Assembly: GCF_001194135.2 (NCBI RefSeq)
Contig: NC_068982.1
Span: 39,874,717 to 39,938,716 of the forward strand
Length of the DNA stretch: 64,000 nucleotides
Direction: 5' to 3'
Origin: Octopus bimaculoides
Lineage: Eukaryota
A model generated the notes under the pieces. The model was not told the DNA's origin. It saw only the letters and a program-made list of their open reading frames with translations, and searched no databases. Positions 1 through 12,829 of this stretch are shown in pieces (positions within the stretch are counted from its first letter, which is position 1; the number at the start of each line of letters is the position of its first letter). Position numbers and translations under genes: made by a program.

Positions 1-105
1 GCAATATGAATAACATACTTCTCATCAAGTATATAAAATCATCCAAAAAATTATCACAAAATCGGCAGCGGCTATAAGACTGAGTGGATTAAAACAATGA
101 TTGCT

Positions 106-109
<4 letters not shown>

Positions 110-183
<74 letters not shown>
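110..183. repeat. (GTA)n microsatellite
   Basis: Pure gta run of about 24 units. Confidence 0.95.
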
Positions 184-195
184 TACTATCATAAG

Positions 196-1400
196 CCCTG
201 TCCGGCCACAGTAAGATGAATTTCCTGTGATATTTTACTCTTTTTTTTTTCCTGAATCATTTGGTTAATTAGCTGCGGCTGTATACAGCCAAACACCTTC
301 TTTCATCCTACTTCAAGTATAATAATGTTGTTGGTAGCACAATGATCCCGGAAGAAAAAATTGACGCAGTCAGTGTATAAATTTTGCATGGCGTTCTGGA
401 AGACTACTGGGTGGTAGTTTTTAGCAAGGGTGGTTCGGCTATTTTGGGTGATGAAGAGAATAGTTGTAGTTGATAGCCATTGGGACATTTCTTGTGTGCC
501 TGTGATATTCTCTTCATACAGCCATATGAAACATTACCGATAAAAGGTGAATTTCTTCAGCCAGTGACCTCCTATGCGATCTGGGCTTGCTGGTTTCCTG
601 TTTCACATTTTCTGTAGAACTGTTTCCAGTATTTCGCCGTCTATTTCACATTGCTTTGCTAGACACACTGACAGTAGATCTATACAGCTTGTTTGTTGGA
701 TTTATCATTCGTTTCCCATACATGTTACCAGCAGCCAGCAGCTAGACACTCTGTGGGGTTGTCTTTTAAAAAATTCAACTATTCGCATTGAAGCTGCAAT
801 AAACTGTCTTGGGGTCTCGGGTCTCTGGAAAGTAATTTATTGAGCTATTACTGTTAATATGTTGTATATTAATATTTTAGTTTAAAAGCAGTATCTGTGA
901 GTTGTTTTAACTGGTGTCGTTTGGGGATTAGATTTTTGAATCCTGTATCACCAAATCGTCTCTAGTTTTTTTAAGGTCTTCCTAATGTCGTGTGGTGTTC
1001 TTTCAGTTATATCTCATAAATACAACGAGGTGTGAGATACTTCTTGCAGGAATAAAATTATATTTTTTAAGTTAAATGCCTATGCTGGTTTAAGCTTTCT
1101 GCTTGTATCTTGATTGCGCGGCTTCAGCACTTTATGGTACACTGGTAATGTAATGGCTGAGGCTTGCATACAATTTTAATAGTTTCAATGGTTGCTTTCA
1201 TAATTCTGGAGTGTAGTCGTCAGAATTGTCTGCCACTTATTCTAATTTACTGCTTTTTCTTTGTTTTCACTAGTGTTGCATGACCTGTCATTCAAATTAA
1301 GGCTGTGCACCTAATGGAAAATAACATCCCAGATCACTTGTAAGGAGGGAACAAGTTTTTGCTGTTCTATTTTTACAGTATAGTGTGGATTTCAGCTAAA
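196..1400 (-). mobile_element. Decayed R4/Dong-like (RLE-clade) non-LTR retrotransposon, region N-terminal to and including RT domains 0-1
   Basis: Minus-strand translation with stops/frameshifts: PKTVYCSFNANS, KPASPDRIGGHWLKKFTFYR and SQWLSTTTILFITQNSRTTLAKNYHPVVFQNAMQNLYT. These resemble KSPGPDxIxxxWLKK and xWLTTGxTxLIPK...KNYRPIxC of R4/Dong RTs. Confidence 0.7.
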
Positions 1401-1651
1401 TTGCTGGTGTTTTCTGTTCGATGTACATATGCATTTATATATACATGTTTTTCTATGAGTTTTATTTAAATTCTTCTTAAGAGAGTTCAAGCCGGTCGCT
1501 GACAAGTCGACAAGGCTTTTTGAATCCAGAGAGTTCCCGTTGTTTATAGATATATGGATGAGTTGGTGTGTTGCTTGGGCTGACGATCCTCACACCCATG
1601 TGTCTACATCAATTTGTCTAAAACACCTCAGATGTAGAATATTTGGAATGA

Positions 1652-1800
1652 CATGTATGTATGTGTATGTATGCATACATGTATGCATGCACGTATGTAT
1701 GCAAGTAAGTATGTATGTATTTATGCATGTATGCATGTATGCATGTATGTATGTATGTATGTATGTATGTATGTATATATATACATGTATGTATGTATGT
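1652..1800. repeat. (TATG)n/(CATA)n microsatellite
   Basis: Degenerate tatg array. Confidence 0.9.
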
Positions 1801-2001
1801 GTCTGTGAATGTTATCAGTCACACTAAGAGCGACTTGGCCCATATGGCCACAATGGAAAAATTCAGAACGAACTGTGCGGGTGGGGGCGCTATATATCTG
1901 CTCGCCACTACACAGAGACTTAAATCGCTAGACAAAAGCATAGTGCATATTACAAAGTCACATTAGTTGAAGAAATAAAGATATTCTTTTTTTTGTACTA
2001 T

Positions 2002-2002
<1 letters not shown>

Positions 2003-2069
<67 letters not shown>

Positions 2070-2165
2070 CTATCTATCCGCCCGTCTTTCTGTCTGTCTG
2101 TCTGACTATCTGTATGTCTGTCTGTCTCTCTGTCAGTCTGACTGACTGATTGACTGACTGACTCT
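2003..2165. repeat. Compound (CTAT)n-(CTGT)n-(CTGA)n microsatellite
   Basis: Seen directly. Confidence 0.9.
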
Positions 2166-2949
2166 GTCTACTTGACCACATAACTTGCCAGCTACCTGTG
2201 CATCTATGAATATTTGAATGCATCAATACCTATATTTATGTATACATATATCTCCGCGCACGATTTGTTAACTACGGGCAGTTAGTTTATGCTGCGATGC
2301 TTGGCTATCAAAATATTTAACGGCTTCCAGCAGTTGTATTCGAACAATCGATGGTACATATGGCATGAAGCTTTCAGTGAGTTTCTAAGTAGTGAGACTA
2401 TATTTATAATAATGCAAATGTCCACCGTGATTTAATATCCATATGAATTATAAACATCCTTGCGGCCATACTTGATACAATTATACGTGCCTTCATCGAA
2501 ATTCTTCTGACACTTTAATTACTTTGAAATGACAACTCGTAAATACTTCAATTGTTCTATCTCGAACAGTAGCTCTTCTGAAATCTTTAAAACCTTCTAA
2601 AATCTTTAATTTAATAGATGGTAATGTTTTGCAATGGAACTCGCATCTTATTGCCTTATAGATTGCTTGCAATATACATTGCTTGCAATATATATCAAGA
2701 ATTTAAAATAGTTCAGTCGAAATTCTAGAAATTGGCAGCTAGGCACCGCTTCGTGTTAAAAAGGAAAGGATACATTAAATAACTTCCTACAAGAACTGAA
2801 TTTACTACTGAATAATTTTTATCCTATTTTTGTTCAAACTAAAGTAATATAACAGCTGGTATAAAAGCTCCCGCAAATCTAAAATCAAATACTATTTCAT
2901 CTGTTTTGTGTCAACATCTGCAGTAGTTAAGAGACGCGGTTTCAGGTGA

Positions 2950-3730
2950 TTGAAATTCTGGGGATGACATAGTATAGCATAATGGTTAGCGTGAGGAATG
3001 GGTGGGCGTAAGTGTCAAGAGTGCCGAGAGGTAGAGGAGCGAGAGGAACGGTGTTTGAAGGGTAAAGGTACGAGGCCATTATAATAGCGGAAGAAGTGAG
3101 AGAGAGAGAGAGAGAGAGAGGTGGGAGAGAGAGGGGGAGAGAGTTAGAGAGAGACCAAGAAAGGGTAATTCAGTTAGTGAGAAAGAGAGAAAGGAGACAG
3201 CCATCACGTTTGAGTGCCAGAGGTTTGATGCCAGAGACAGCCAGCATGTTTGTGTGCCAGTGAACGGCGTGTCAATCAGTTGAGTTGACCATCTCCGTAC
3301 ATGATTCAGGATGTCATTGGGCGTAGACGAAACGCTAATCCCAGACATGCAGGAGTGTTCCTTGTAGGCCTTACTTTCTCTTGTAGATTATCAGTAGGTG
3401 CTTGGAGCTGAAATATCTGCTGAATATGAAGAAAAGTATTTTGGGATTTTGATTTTAAGTGTAACAAGAATGTGCATTCGTCAGAAGAGATTATAGTTAA
3501 TAGCGAGGTCCGGCATGTAATTTCGTCAGTAGAGATCCTTGGTGATAGTGAAATTTAGAAAGTGCAAATGCCTTAGTTGAGAGATAAGGTGCGGTGGTAT
3601 TTCCAATTTTTTCTTTTTGTTTTCTTTTTCTTTTTTTATTGCTGTTAAATGAGACAAGGTCTTCGTTAATGGAATCATTGTAGGCTTGTAGGTTTGTCTT
3701 GTGGTGACTCGGTTGCGTGTAGATGACATA
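2950..3730 (-). mobile_element. Possible highly decayed Penelope-like RT remnant
   Basis: Minus-strand peptides (HILVTLKI..., SGISVSSTPNDILNHV...) weakly resemble the PLE RT ILVTxDV region; many stops. Confidence 0.25.
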
Positions 3731-3752
3731 TACTTGCGGTATAGGAATGGGG

Positions 3753-3843
3753 AATGCAGGTAATCCCAGACTCCTGAATGCAGATAATCCCAGACTCCTG
3801 AATGCAGATAATCCCAGACTCCTGAATGCAGATAATCCCAGAT
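3753..3843 (+). repeat. 24-bp minisatellite (AATGCAGATAATCCCAGACTCCTG) x about 3.7
   Basis: Near-identical units start at 3753, 3777, 3801 and 3825. Confidence 0.95.
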
Positions 3844-4267
3844 GCAGGACTGGCTGTGCGGTAAGTAGCTTGCTTGCCGACCACATGGTCACGTGGCACT
3901 TTGGTAGACGAAAACTGGAAAAAAACAGTCGTATATATGTATATGTGTGTGTGTATGTGTGTGTGTGTGTTTTTATGTGTGTGTATGTGTGTGTGTGTGT
4001 TGTGTGTGTGTCTGTGTGTGTGTGTCTGTGTGTGTGTGTGTGTGTGCGTGCGTGTGAGTGTGTGTCTGTGTTTCTCCCCAACATCGCTTGACAACCGACG
4101 TTGGTGTGTTTACGTTCTCGTAACTTAGCGGTTCGGCGAAAGATACCGATAGAATAAGTACTAGGCTTACAAAGAATAAGTCCTGGGGTCTATTTACTCG
4201 AGTAAAAGGCGGTGCTCCAGCATGACCGCAGTCAAATGACTGAAACAAGTAAAAGAGTAAAAGAGTA
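3844..4267 (+). mobile_element. tRNA-derived SINE (family A) with internal (GT)n tract
   Basis: Head gcaggactggctgtgcggtaagtagcttgc, internal TG microsatellite, body ...gtaacttagcggttcggc...gctccagcatgaccgcagtcaaatgactgaaacaag and (AAAGAGT)n tail. Homologous copies at 27.9 and 38.0 kb. Confidence 0.85.
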
Positions 4268-4519
4268 GGTTCCTGAGCGGGTATCGCTAAGATTTTGGCA
4301 AAATTTGATGCACATTCTCTGCTCAACTTACTCTGTCACGGTCAATACGACGATCACAAGCTACACACGTTAATTCCAAGCACTCCTATAAACGGCAGAA
4401 CTGAACCAGTACTTTAAGAATTAGTGACCATGTACAGTAGAGTCCAAGGTCAAATTTGTATCAAGCGAGTTTACTCTGTGTGCATTCACTTAGCTACTGT
4501 GGCAACAGTCCGGATACTT

Positions 4520-4930
4520 ATTGATCAGACCATGCAGGTGTGCATTATCAAGGCTTTACAGTTAGGTAACGTTCTACAACCACTAGTGGGCGGTATTGAA
4601 CATCTCACCAAGTCTTGATACGTTAATTTCCTCCTTAGGAGTGATAAGGCGAAAATGGAGTCTGATAGCATTCACTAACAAAAGGACATCTTTCAGAGTG
4701 ATAGCCTGTCAGTGTTATTAAACTTACTATCTCATCTGCTCCAAAAATATAGTGACCATAGAAATGGATTCAAAAGGATCTCCCATATTTTCTTTATCGA
4801 CGACCTAAAAGTGTATTAGCCAAATATCAACCACATAAAAATGCAATTGCACTTCATAACCCAATTTTCGACAGATTGAAAGTTGGTGAGTCCAATTGTG
4901 CATTTTTGACAATGACTGTGGGTAAATATA
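4520..4930 (+). mobile_element. R4/Dong-like LINE reverse transcriptase fragment (motifs 3-6), pseudogenised
   Basis: Translates to CIIKALQLGNV...; KDIFQSDSLSVLL (GIFQGDSLS motif); RISHIFFIDDLKVY (catalytic DD near 4799-4804); in-frame stops. Confidence 0.85.
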
Positions 4931-5445
4931 AGCCCCTTTTCCATTCGTTTCATAATATGACAAACTTAATAGGGAACAACAAATATGAGTCAATATGCAC
5001 AAAAAATTACATCAACATGCTTCTATGAACACATACTAGAAAAGTGGAAACCATGAGTGTGCAACACGTCTAATAAACAGTTATGATATAGCTTGAGGTA
5101 ATGGTCTTGTTTGCTGTAAGCCTCTAATGATTTCATTATGTAATCAGCGTCTGTGATATTTCGATACTTAGCAAAAATTTACATTATTGAAATCCATGTA
5201 TTAATGTAGTGAATAAACCTAAAATCTTATATCCATTCTTGTTTTCTCCATGCATTCTGTGTTCAAAATATCGATGGATAACTGCAGTATGATATATAGA
5301 TCAGAAATGATATTTCTCTTCACGAATTCTGTAAAACCGTGCACAGGGAATTCTAAATATTGGTTATATATAACCTCTAAACATCGTATAACAGAAATAA
5401 ATGCACACGTGTCTACGCGTGTTTAGATATATGTATGTATATAAG

Positions 5446-5514
<69 letters not shown>

Positions 5515-6430
5515 AAATATGTATATATTATTATATTCATATTATATGTATATATTATTATATATGTGTGTGTATAAAAATGTATATATTATTATATTTT
5601 GGGACGCTCATTTTGTTGCCAAATAAACACACGTACTATATATTTGTTCTTTAGTCGTTTATTACTGTTCTTACTTTAACTCATGGCCATTGTTCGGAAA
5701 TCTTTCGTCACACATCTGTAACCGCTTCAGTGACACTTTTCGTTTTCGTGATGCGCATGCGTTTGCGTTCATGTTTGTGTGTGTGTGCATGTGTGTGTAT
5801 GTGTGTATATGTGTGTATGCTTGTCTGTGTATGATTTTTTAGAACCAATAGACATGTGTACACATACTTATGATATATAAATATTAAAGAAATAATAATA
5901 AAATACAAAACAAAGTGAATAAATAAGTATATTTGTCACATATCTGTGATAAATATAAGAAATAGATAAATAAATTTATATAAAGGGTATGGATACAAAC
6001 AACATACACAGGGAACCCATACTCACACAAAAACACACACACAACTTCACAGACGGCCGCAACAATATCAAGAACACAACCAACAACGACAACACCAGTG
6101 GCGGTGACAACGATGCCAATAACAACAATAGCAGCTACCAGGATGGCAACACTGTGGGCGAACACACAAACACAGAGAGATACTGAAACTGTACAAATTT
6201 TCGGGTCCTAGGACAGCAGCAGCACGATGGGGTGTGAAGATGTTGCTGAGGAGAGGACATACTTCTGCTAAGAACAATGACACACACATACATACACACA
6301 CATACACACACACAAACACACACACAGACACACATACACGCATACACACAAACACGGACACAAACGCATGATATACTTCATAGAAGAGCAGAATCTAACA
6401 AGTGGAGCAAGATCACACGCAAAAACGAAA

Positions 6431-6477
6431 TGTCTCGCTGAAGAGGTCACAGACGTGTGGCGAAAGATTTCCGGACA
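6431..6477 (+). ncRNA. Candidate minimal type-I hammerhead ribozyme
   Basis: UGUC(U)CG-CUGAAGA-G-GUCACA[GACG]UGUGGC-GAAA-GAUUUC-CGGACA: 6-bp stem II, 6-bp bulged stem I, helix III one substitution from palindrome AGAUCU. Confidence 0.5.
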
Positions 6478-7438
6478 ATGGACAATATAATATATTAATA
6501 TATGTATATATCCATACATATATGTACATACCTACATCTGTATGTATACATACATGCATATATGGGTACATGACATAAAAAAAAAACGTTAAACACAATG
6601 AGAAACGAGAACATAAAGACGAAGGCAGAAAACGAACTTTTTTCGAACAACGAAAAAAACAGAGAAACGAAAGATACAACATAAAGTATATTTCCCTTCT
6701 TCACTTGTCCATGTTCCATCTACTCCGAGTTCCGAACGCAAGGACAATGCGCGACTTCGTTGGAACAGTTCTTCCCGCAAAAAGGAAATGAACTAAATTT
6801 GGAATTTTTTGCGGAGGGTGAAATTGTAAACAAGAACAGGACAGTGAGAACAAGACAGTAAAAGACAGTAAAAACAAGACGGAACAGTGAAAATAAACGG
6901 TAAGGGCTGTTAGGCCAAGACGATTGAATGCGAAGTTAGATGTGAATGAGAGACAAAAAAATTCACGTCTTCTCTATAGGAAGAGAGGAAGTAGAAAGAA
7001 AGTATCCCATTCGTCACGTGTCAACAACGAGAGGGTCAAGGAGGAGGAGTGGTATGTATGTATATATGTATATATGTGTATATGTATATATGTATATAAT
7101 ACAATTATGATTCAGTTGAATTAGCTACTTAAAATGAGGCACCTCGTTTGGCTGGAATGAAATGCACACACAAGAATATAAATTAAATATCAAATTTAGC
7201 ACATAAGTACCGCCGGAATGATATTGCAGCGTATGGAGACAGTTAGATCCAGCGGAGTGAAGAAATTCGCTCCTAGCTATTCAGACATGTACTTTATATT
7301 AAATATATTGTGTATAATAGTTACACCTGTGCCTTTTTGTAACTCATTTATATATGTATGTGTGCGTGTGTAGACACAAACACAAAGGCACACACAGACA
7401 CACACACACACACACACATATATATACATATGCATACT

Positions 7439-7491
<53 letters not shown>

Positions 7492-9973
7492 NNNNNNNNN
7501 NCTCATTTATATATGTATGTATGTGTGTGTGTATGTATATATGTGTGTGTTTGTATGTATGCATGCTTATGTATATGCACATCCTTAAGTGCTGATTTTA
7601 TTTCTCACTGTGTTCTACTGTAAGTTATTTATTGCAAAATATCATTATTCGATCATACAAATTTGTCTACAGCTAAATATGTATGCACATAATTGAACCT
7701 GCGTCAATATATGTGCATTTGTGTGAATGTATTTCTTTATTGTTTTAATGTTTAGCTGTTTTAGCGTATAAATAGCGTATAATTTATAGTAGATGAATCA
7801 GAACGTTAATCTCGCTTAATAGAATTGGAAATGTTTTCTTTCAAAACAGGATGTTTTTCACAGGTAATCTCCCAGTATTTGAATATTCTAGAAATTATTT
7901 GTTCCATGCACAGAACAATTCAACATTGAATTGTCTTTTTGTTTCCACGTTTTTTTTATCCTATTATCTAAGAAAATTCATTTTTCTGGAGAAGTGTTGT
8001 ATATTTTATCGTGATTTTTCTTTTAATAAACATTTCACCGAAAGCATTCTCCATCATTTTGCTTGTATGCCATTTTATATGTTCGTTTAAGCGTTAATAT
8101 TCATTCTTATAGTGTTTACGTTTATTGGACTGCGACCCCTTCAAACTTCCAATTGATGTAAAATTCCACCATTTATTATGGTAATTTACAAATATTGAAT
8201 TTCTCGGAGATAACATATTTGTTGACATGTTTCTGTGTTGGACGTTACTTTTATAACAAACAACGCAGATTTGGAATACATGTAATTTAACATTGTTCAT
8301 ATTACAATTAAAATTTTATACAGTAATCTTGAAGAATAAAGTGTTAGAAATATTGTAAATTTGTATAGTTGAGTAGAAAGTTATAAAAACGAGGATGCAT
8401 AAAACAAAAATTTATTGCGCAGTTGTATTTGCGGTAATGTTCCTACAACGATGGCACTATTTCTTCAGAATCTGTGTTATTAAAGTGATACACCAATATA
8501 TTTCATGATTTAACAATCGAAGTGTTTCGAGAGCCACGAACGGAAGAAACTTTAAGAACTATATTTCAATCTCTATTTGCAAGTCAAACTAGAATCGGAT
8601 TCTTATCAGGCATGGAAAAACGCTATAAAAAGAAATTTAATATTGATAATAAATTTATTCCTTCTAGATATACAATGATATATGTTTGTAGTATATTTAA
8701 ATGTAGTGTTCATTATTCATTTCTAAAGACGTTTACGCATGTCTTTAGACATACAAATATATGTAAATAAGAGCATGTAATAATTTCTTTTTACTAGTCC
8801 CACATGCAAGTAGATTGTCAAATTTCGTTTCTAGTAGAAAATTACTGGCTAAAACTCCAGCATAAAATTACTGGTGTCAGAAATTTAATTTGAATTCCAC
8901 TAAAAAGTTAATATCGTCCCTTGCGTTATCATGTGTATATATGTTCATGTATGTATCTGTCTGTATCTGTGTGTGTTATTTATACATATGAGGATTCTGT
9001 ATATGGTTGTATGTATGGAGGATAGTTCAGATGAAGTATTGACTTTCCATTTACTTCAGTTTTAACCACTTCACTGTACAGATGCATAGATTTTTATTGA
9101 TACATATAATCAGTTGTAATCACGATTTTAAAGAAATATATGCTTGTAAAATATGTATAACTAGAACTTGTCTATTACGATTAATCATCATCAATTTATT
9201 AAAATTCAATCACGTACAGACCAACCATCTAATATTACCTGTGAGATTCTCCTGTTACAAACTAATATCTCCATCATTACTATCTCAAATGATCAAATAC
9301 TATTACTAACCTAACGCTTTGATTATCTGTTTCTCGCTAGTCACCACGTCATTCATTTCCGTGTTAAGATGACAATCGTCGAAGATGGGGATTACTGACG
9401 CAATGGCACGGGATTTGCACATAATGAACGAAAACTATATTAAAACCTAAGCAGAATGATTACTTGCTCCATGTGTCTTAACAACCAATATTATCGATCA
9501 TCAAGATAGCAAACATTACTTTCGATATCATCGGAAGAGCATCATAGAATCAGCATGATCGTTCTTTTGTAAACAGAACTATGCTTTGCATTCAGTAATC
9601 TCCAAGGACCTCAGTTGACAATTTAAATAGATTATTCCGACTAGAGCTGAATACATCGGTTAATGGTCGAAATATTCAGATTCAGATGTTTATTCACCAT
9701 CTGAGAATTTAACTTTTGTGCAATGGAAAATGTTAAAGGACTTTGAAACTATAATTGATGGAGGAGTCAATTATATGTATGTACACACCCACATGTATCT
9801 GTCTGCATACGTATATATGTATGTGCGCATGTATATGACTACAAAGAAAATGGTCAATGTACATATTGCGTATAGTAACTTTGTGCTCAACACGTTTCAA
9901 ATTTCTCATAAAATTATGCACATGGATACACACATACATACATACACGTGAGCGCACGCACGCACGCACGCAC

Positions 9974-9974
<1 letters not shown>

Positions 9975-10042
<68 letters not shown>
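9975..10042. repeat. (GATA)n microsatellite
   Basis: Pure array. Confidence 0.95.
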
Positions 10043-10043
<1 letters not shown>

Positions 10044-10269
10044 TCAGGATTCAGGCAAATCAGATCCTTGAATAGCAAAGCACTAAAGTTGGGTCTCAAA
10101 TTTGTGCTCATTAAACTAAACACGGATTTATATTTTGTACAATCACAAACGGATGACTGAATATACCATGAATCTTAAGGCTGCACACGGGTACAAACAC
10201 GGCACCAATTCTGCTGCGGTCAATAGACTCCAGATCCACGAGAATTACAGGTTCCGAGTTGCTAAATAA

Positions 10270-10622
10270 TAAACCAAATAATAACAGATAGATTGTGGTT
10301 CATTCACTACAGATGTTTCAGACATGTTCCTTTTAATGAATCGAATTATTTCATCATGTGGAAAAAACCGTTTTTATCAGGTGAATATTTGTACGAATTA
10401 AACATTTCAAAATATCTTAAATTCCAAAATATGTGATATTTAATGTAACTCTCGAAATATTCGGTCGGAGAAGTTGAGATGGTTTGAAATGTTTAATTCG
10501 TAAATACATTCACCTGGAGAAAACGGCTCTTTTCACATGTAATAATTCTATTCATCAATAGAAAACACGTCTGAAATATTTGTAGTGATTGAACAACAAT
10601 CACTCTCTTGTTATTTGATTTA
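10270..10622. mobile_element. MITE-like fold-back element (about 145-bp imperfect inverted arms, about 58-bp spacer)
   Basis: 10291-10418 (gattgtggttcattcactacagatgtttcagac...) is the reverse complement of 10477-10601 (...gtctgaaatatttgtagtgattgaacaacaatc), with scattered mismatches. Confidence 0.75.
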
Positions 10623-11129
10623 TATATATATATATATAGTCGGGGGGAGTAAGATGAAAAATAAGCGAAAATGCTCATTGGAAATCAAAAAAAGTAAAGA
10701 CTTTTTATGAAAAGTAACGGTAGATATATACAATTAGATGAACTGAGGTAGGAATAAAAGTAATAAAAGTCATTATTGTGAATTGTTAAAGAAATTCAAA
10801 AGCATACCTGTTTCGTAAAGTTATTAATCATTGCTTTGAATGCACACCGATTACTGATTGGTATCAGGTCTACTAGTGCTTGAATAAAACGATTATGTGT
10901 AAGTGAAGTAAGTAGTTCTGTATTATGTTATGTGTTCATATTTAGTTGTGGAAGATATTTATTGATGAAAGTTGCCTCTCCATTAATTCTTTATTGTATT
11001 TAGGTGTTATGTGAACATTGATAGAAGGGGAAAATTAGGAAATTAGGATTAAGATTCCTAGCACAACTGTTTATGTGTCCACTGACCTGTATCTGTCTGT
11101 ATTGTGGGTGGCGGATTTGTTCTTTGTGG

Positions 11130-12505
11130 AGAGCGGTTCTTCGACGGAGTGATTTCCTGTATGGCCAATATAATCATTACAGCCGAATAAAGAAAGTTTG
11201 GACCTCAGAACTCTCTGCATTCAATAAAACAGTAGCCCAAAATGTGTTTGCAGTGGACCACTGCTTTATTGAATGGGCTGCATCATTTGACACTTGACGA
11301 GATCCGAGTTATTGATGTGAAAACTCGAAAAATACTAACAAGCACACAAAATTTCCACATAACCTGACGTAGACCGCTTCTACCTAAAACGAAAACAAGG
11401 CGGCAGAGACTTAACATCGATCCAAAATGCCTTTGGATGTCGCACCATATCCCTTCGGCAACATCTTTTAACCACCAAGTGTCGAAGTGCATCCCTTGAC
11501 TAAATTTTCATTAATGAGACTGATAAAATCATAAGATTTGGAAAGCAGCTCTTTGAGCAACACTATTTATTTGATAACCTAGAATACATTCCCCAAAAGA
11601 AGCCGCACGACTCTACCGCAAAGTATCATCAGATGAAAGGATGAGCCTATATGAGCAGAAGACTATGCGTCGATATATTAGTAGAAAGTTCCGTGATGAT
11701 AGTAACATCGATCATGAAACAGTTTATCATGGACCAATAGCCGGATTACAACCCACCACTTTAAAGGGTATGCATTTGCAATCCAGGAACAGGAAATATC
11801 AATCAATTACCTGATGCACAAAAGGGATAGAGATGCAGGAAAATCTGTACAATGTGACAACCGATGCAGACTTTGTGGAGTTCACACTGAAGATATCCCC
11901 CACATCATAAGCAGTTGTCCGAAAATGTCATCACGGTATTATCTACGGATGAGACATGATGTTGTAGCTAAGACACTCTATAATGAAATCCGTCGGAAGG
12001 ATAATCCCGAGGACAAAGAAATAAGAACCCACAATACGCTAGAAACCATAACCACTAAAAATAAAAAGGAATGCTGGTGGAATGTACCAGTGGAGACCTC
12101 AATAAAATGTAAGCCTACAGACCTGATATAATGATTTGTGATGAAGAAGAGAAACTGTGCACGGTTATGGAAATTAGCTGCCCAGCAGATGTTAACATAA
12201 AGGACAAGATCAGTGAAAAAGAGAACATCTATGGTAAACCATTGAGAAATCTGCAGTTACTCTATCCAGATTATAAGGTTAAGGTTTATACCTGTGATGA
12301 TAGGGGCCCTGGGATATATAGCACACTGCCTAAATACCAATCTTGAGAAATTAGGCTTCTCAAAACCAGAAAGAAGAAAGCTAATTCGAAGACTGTAAAA
12401 ATTTGTAAAACTTCCCAGAAGTTTATCATTTAAATACATATGAGCCTGTATAGAGATACAACTATATGCATGAGAATACATACATAAAACATACAAATCT
12501 GCTCA
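11130..12505 (+). mobile_element. 3' half of an R4/Dong-like RLE non-LTR retrotransposon (thumb, CCHC zinc knuckle, restriction-like endonuclease), pseudogenised
   Basis: YSRIKKVWTSELSAFNK; DVKTRKILT; DVDRFYLKRKQGGR; FKGYAFAIQEQEI; CRLCGVHTEDIPHIISSC (CCHC); RHDVVAK; WWNVPV...KPTDL; VMEISCPADVN (PD..E-type RLE); PVMIGALG. Several frameshifts. Confidence 0.92.
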
Positions 12506-12829
12506 TACATACATACATACATACATACGTACATACATACATACATACATATATACATACATACATGCATACATGCATACAAAAATTGTTGACGTTGAAA
12601 TTCCAATGAAAGAGATTTCTATCTAGGCTAGAAACAGGATCTTTCTCTATTGGCAAGAAATCTTGAAAAAAAACTTAATAATGACACAACATACATGCAT
12701 ACAAACATAAATACATACATAATACGCACATACATATATATGTAGAATGTAATAGTTTCATGAAGAATAATTAAAAAATTATAAATGTTTATTTCATTTG
12801 TATCTAAATATTTCTTTCACTAATAAATT

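Noticed and set aside
3753-3843. CRISPR-like regular repeat
   Set aside because: Contiguous units with no unique spacers, eukaryotic context, no cas genes.
5989-6260. Thr/Asn-rich mucin-like or hydrophobic Val-rich ORFs
   Set aside because: Degenerate (ACA/CAA)n sequence; no splice or domain support.
7800-8300. Faint inverted similarity
   Set aside because: Too diverged and AT-rich to distinguish from chance by eye.
10512-10568. 57-nt minus-strand exon candidate (tttcag...CAG|gtgaat)
   Set aside because: Lies inside the arm of a fold-back element; peptide unrecognisable.
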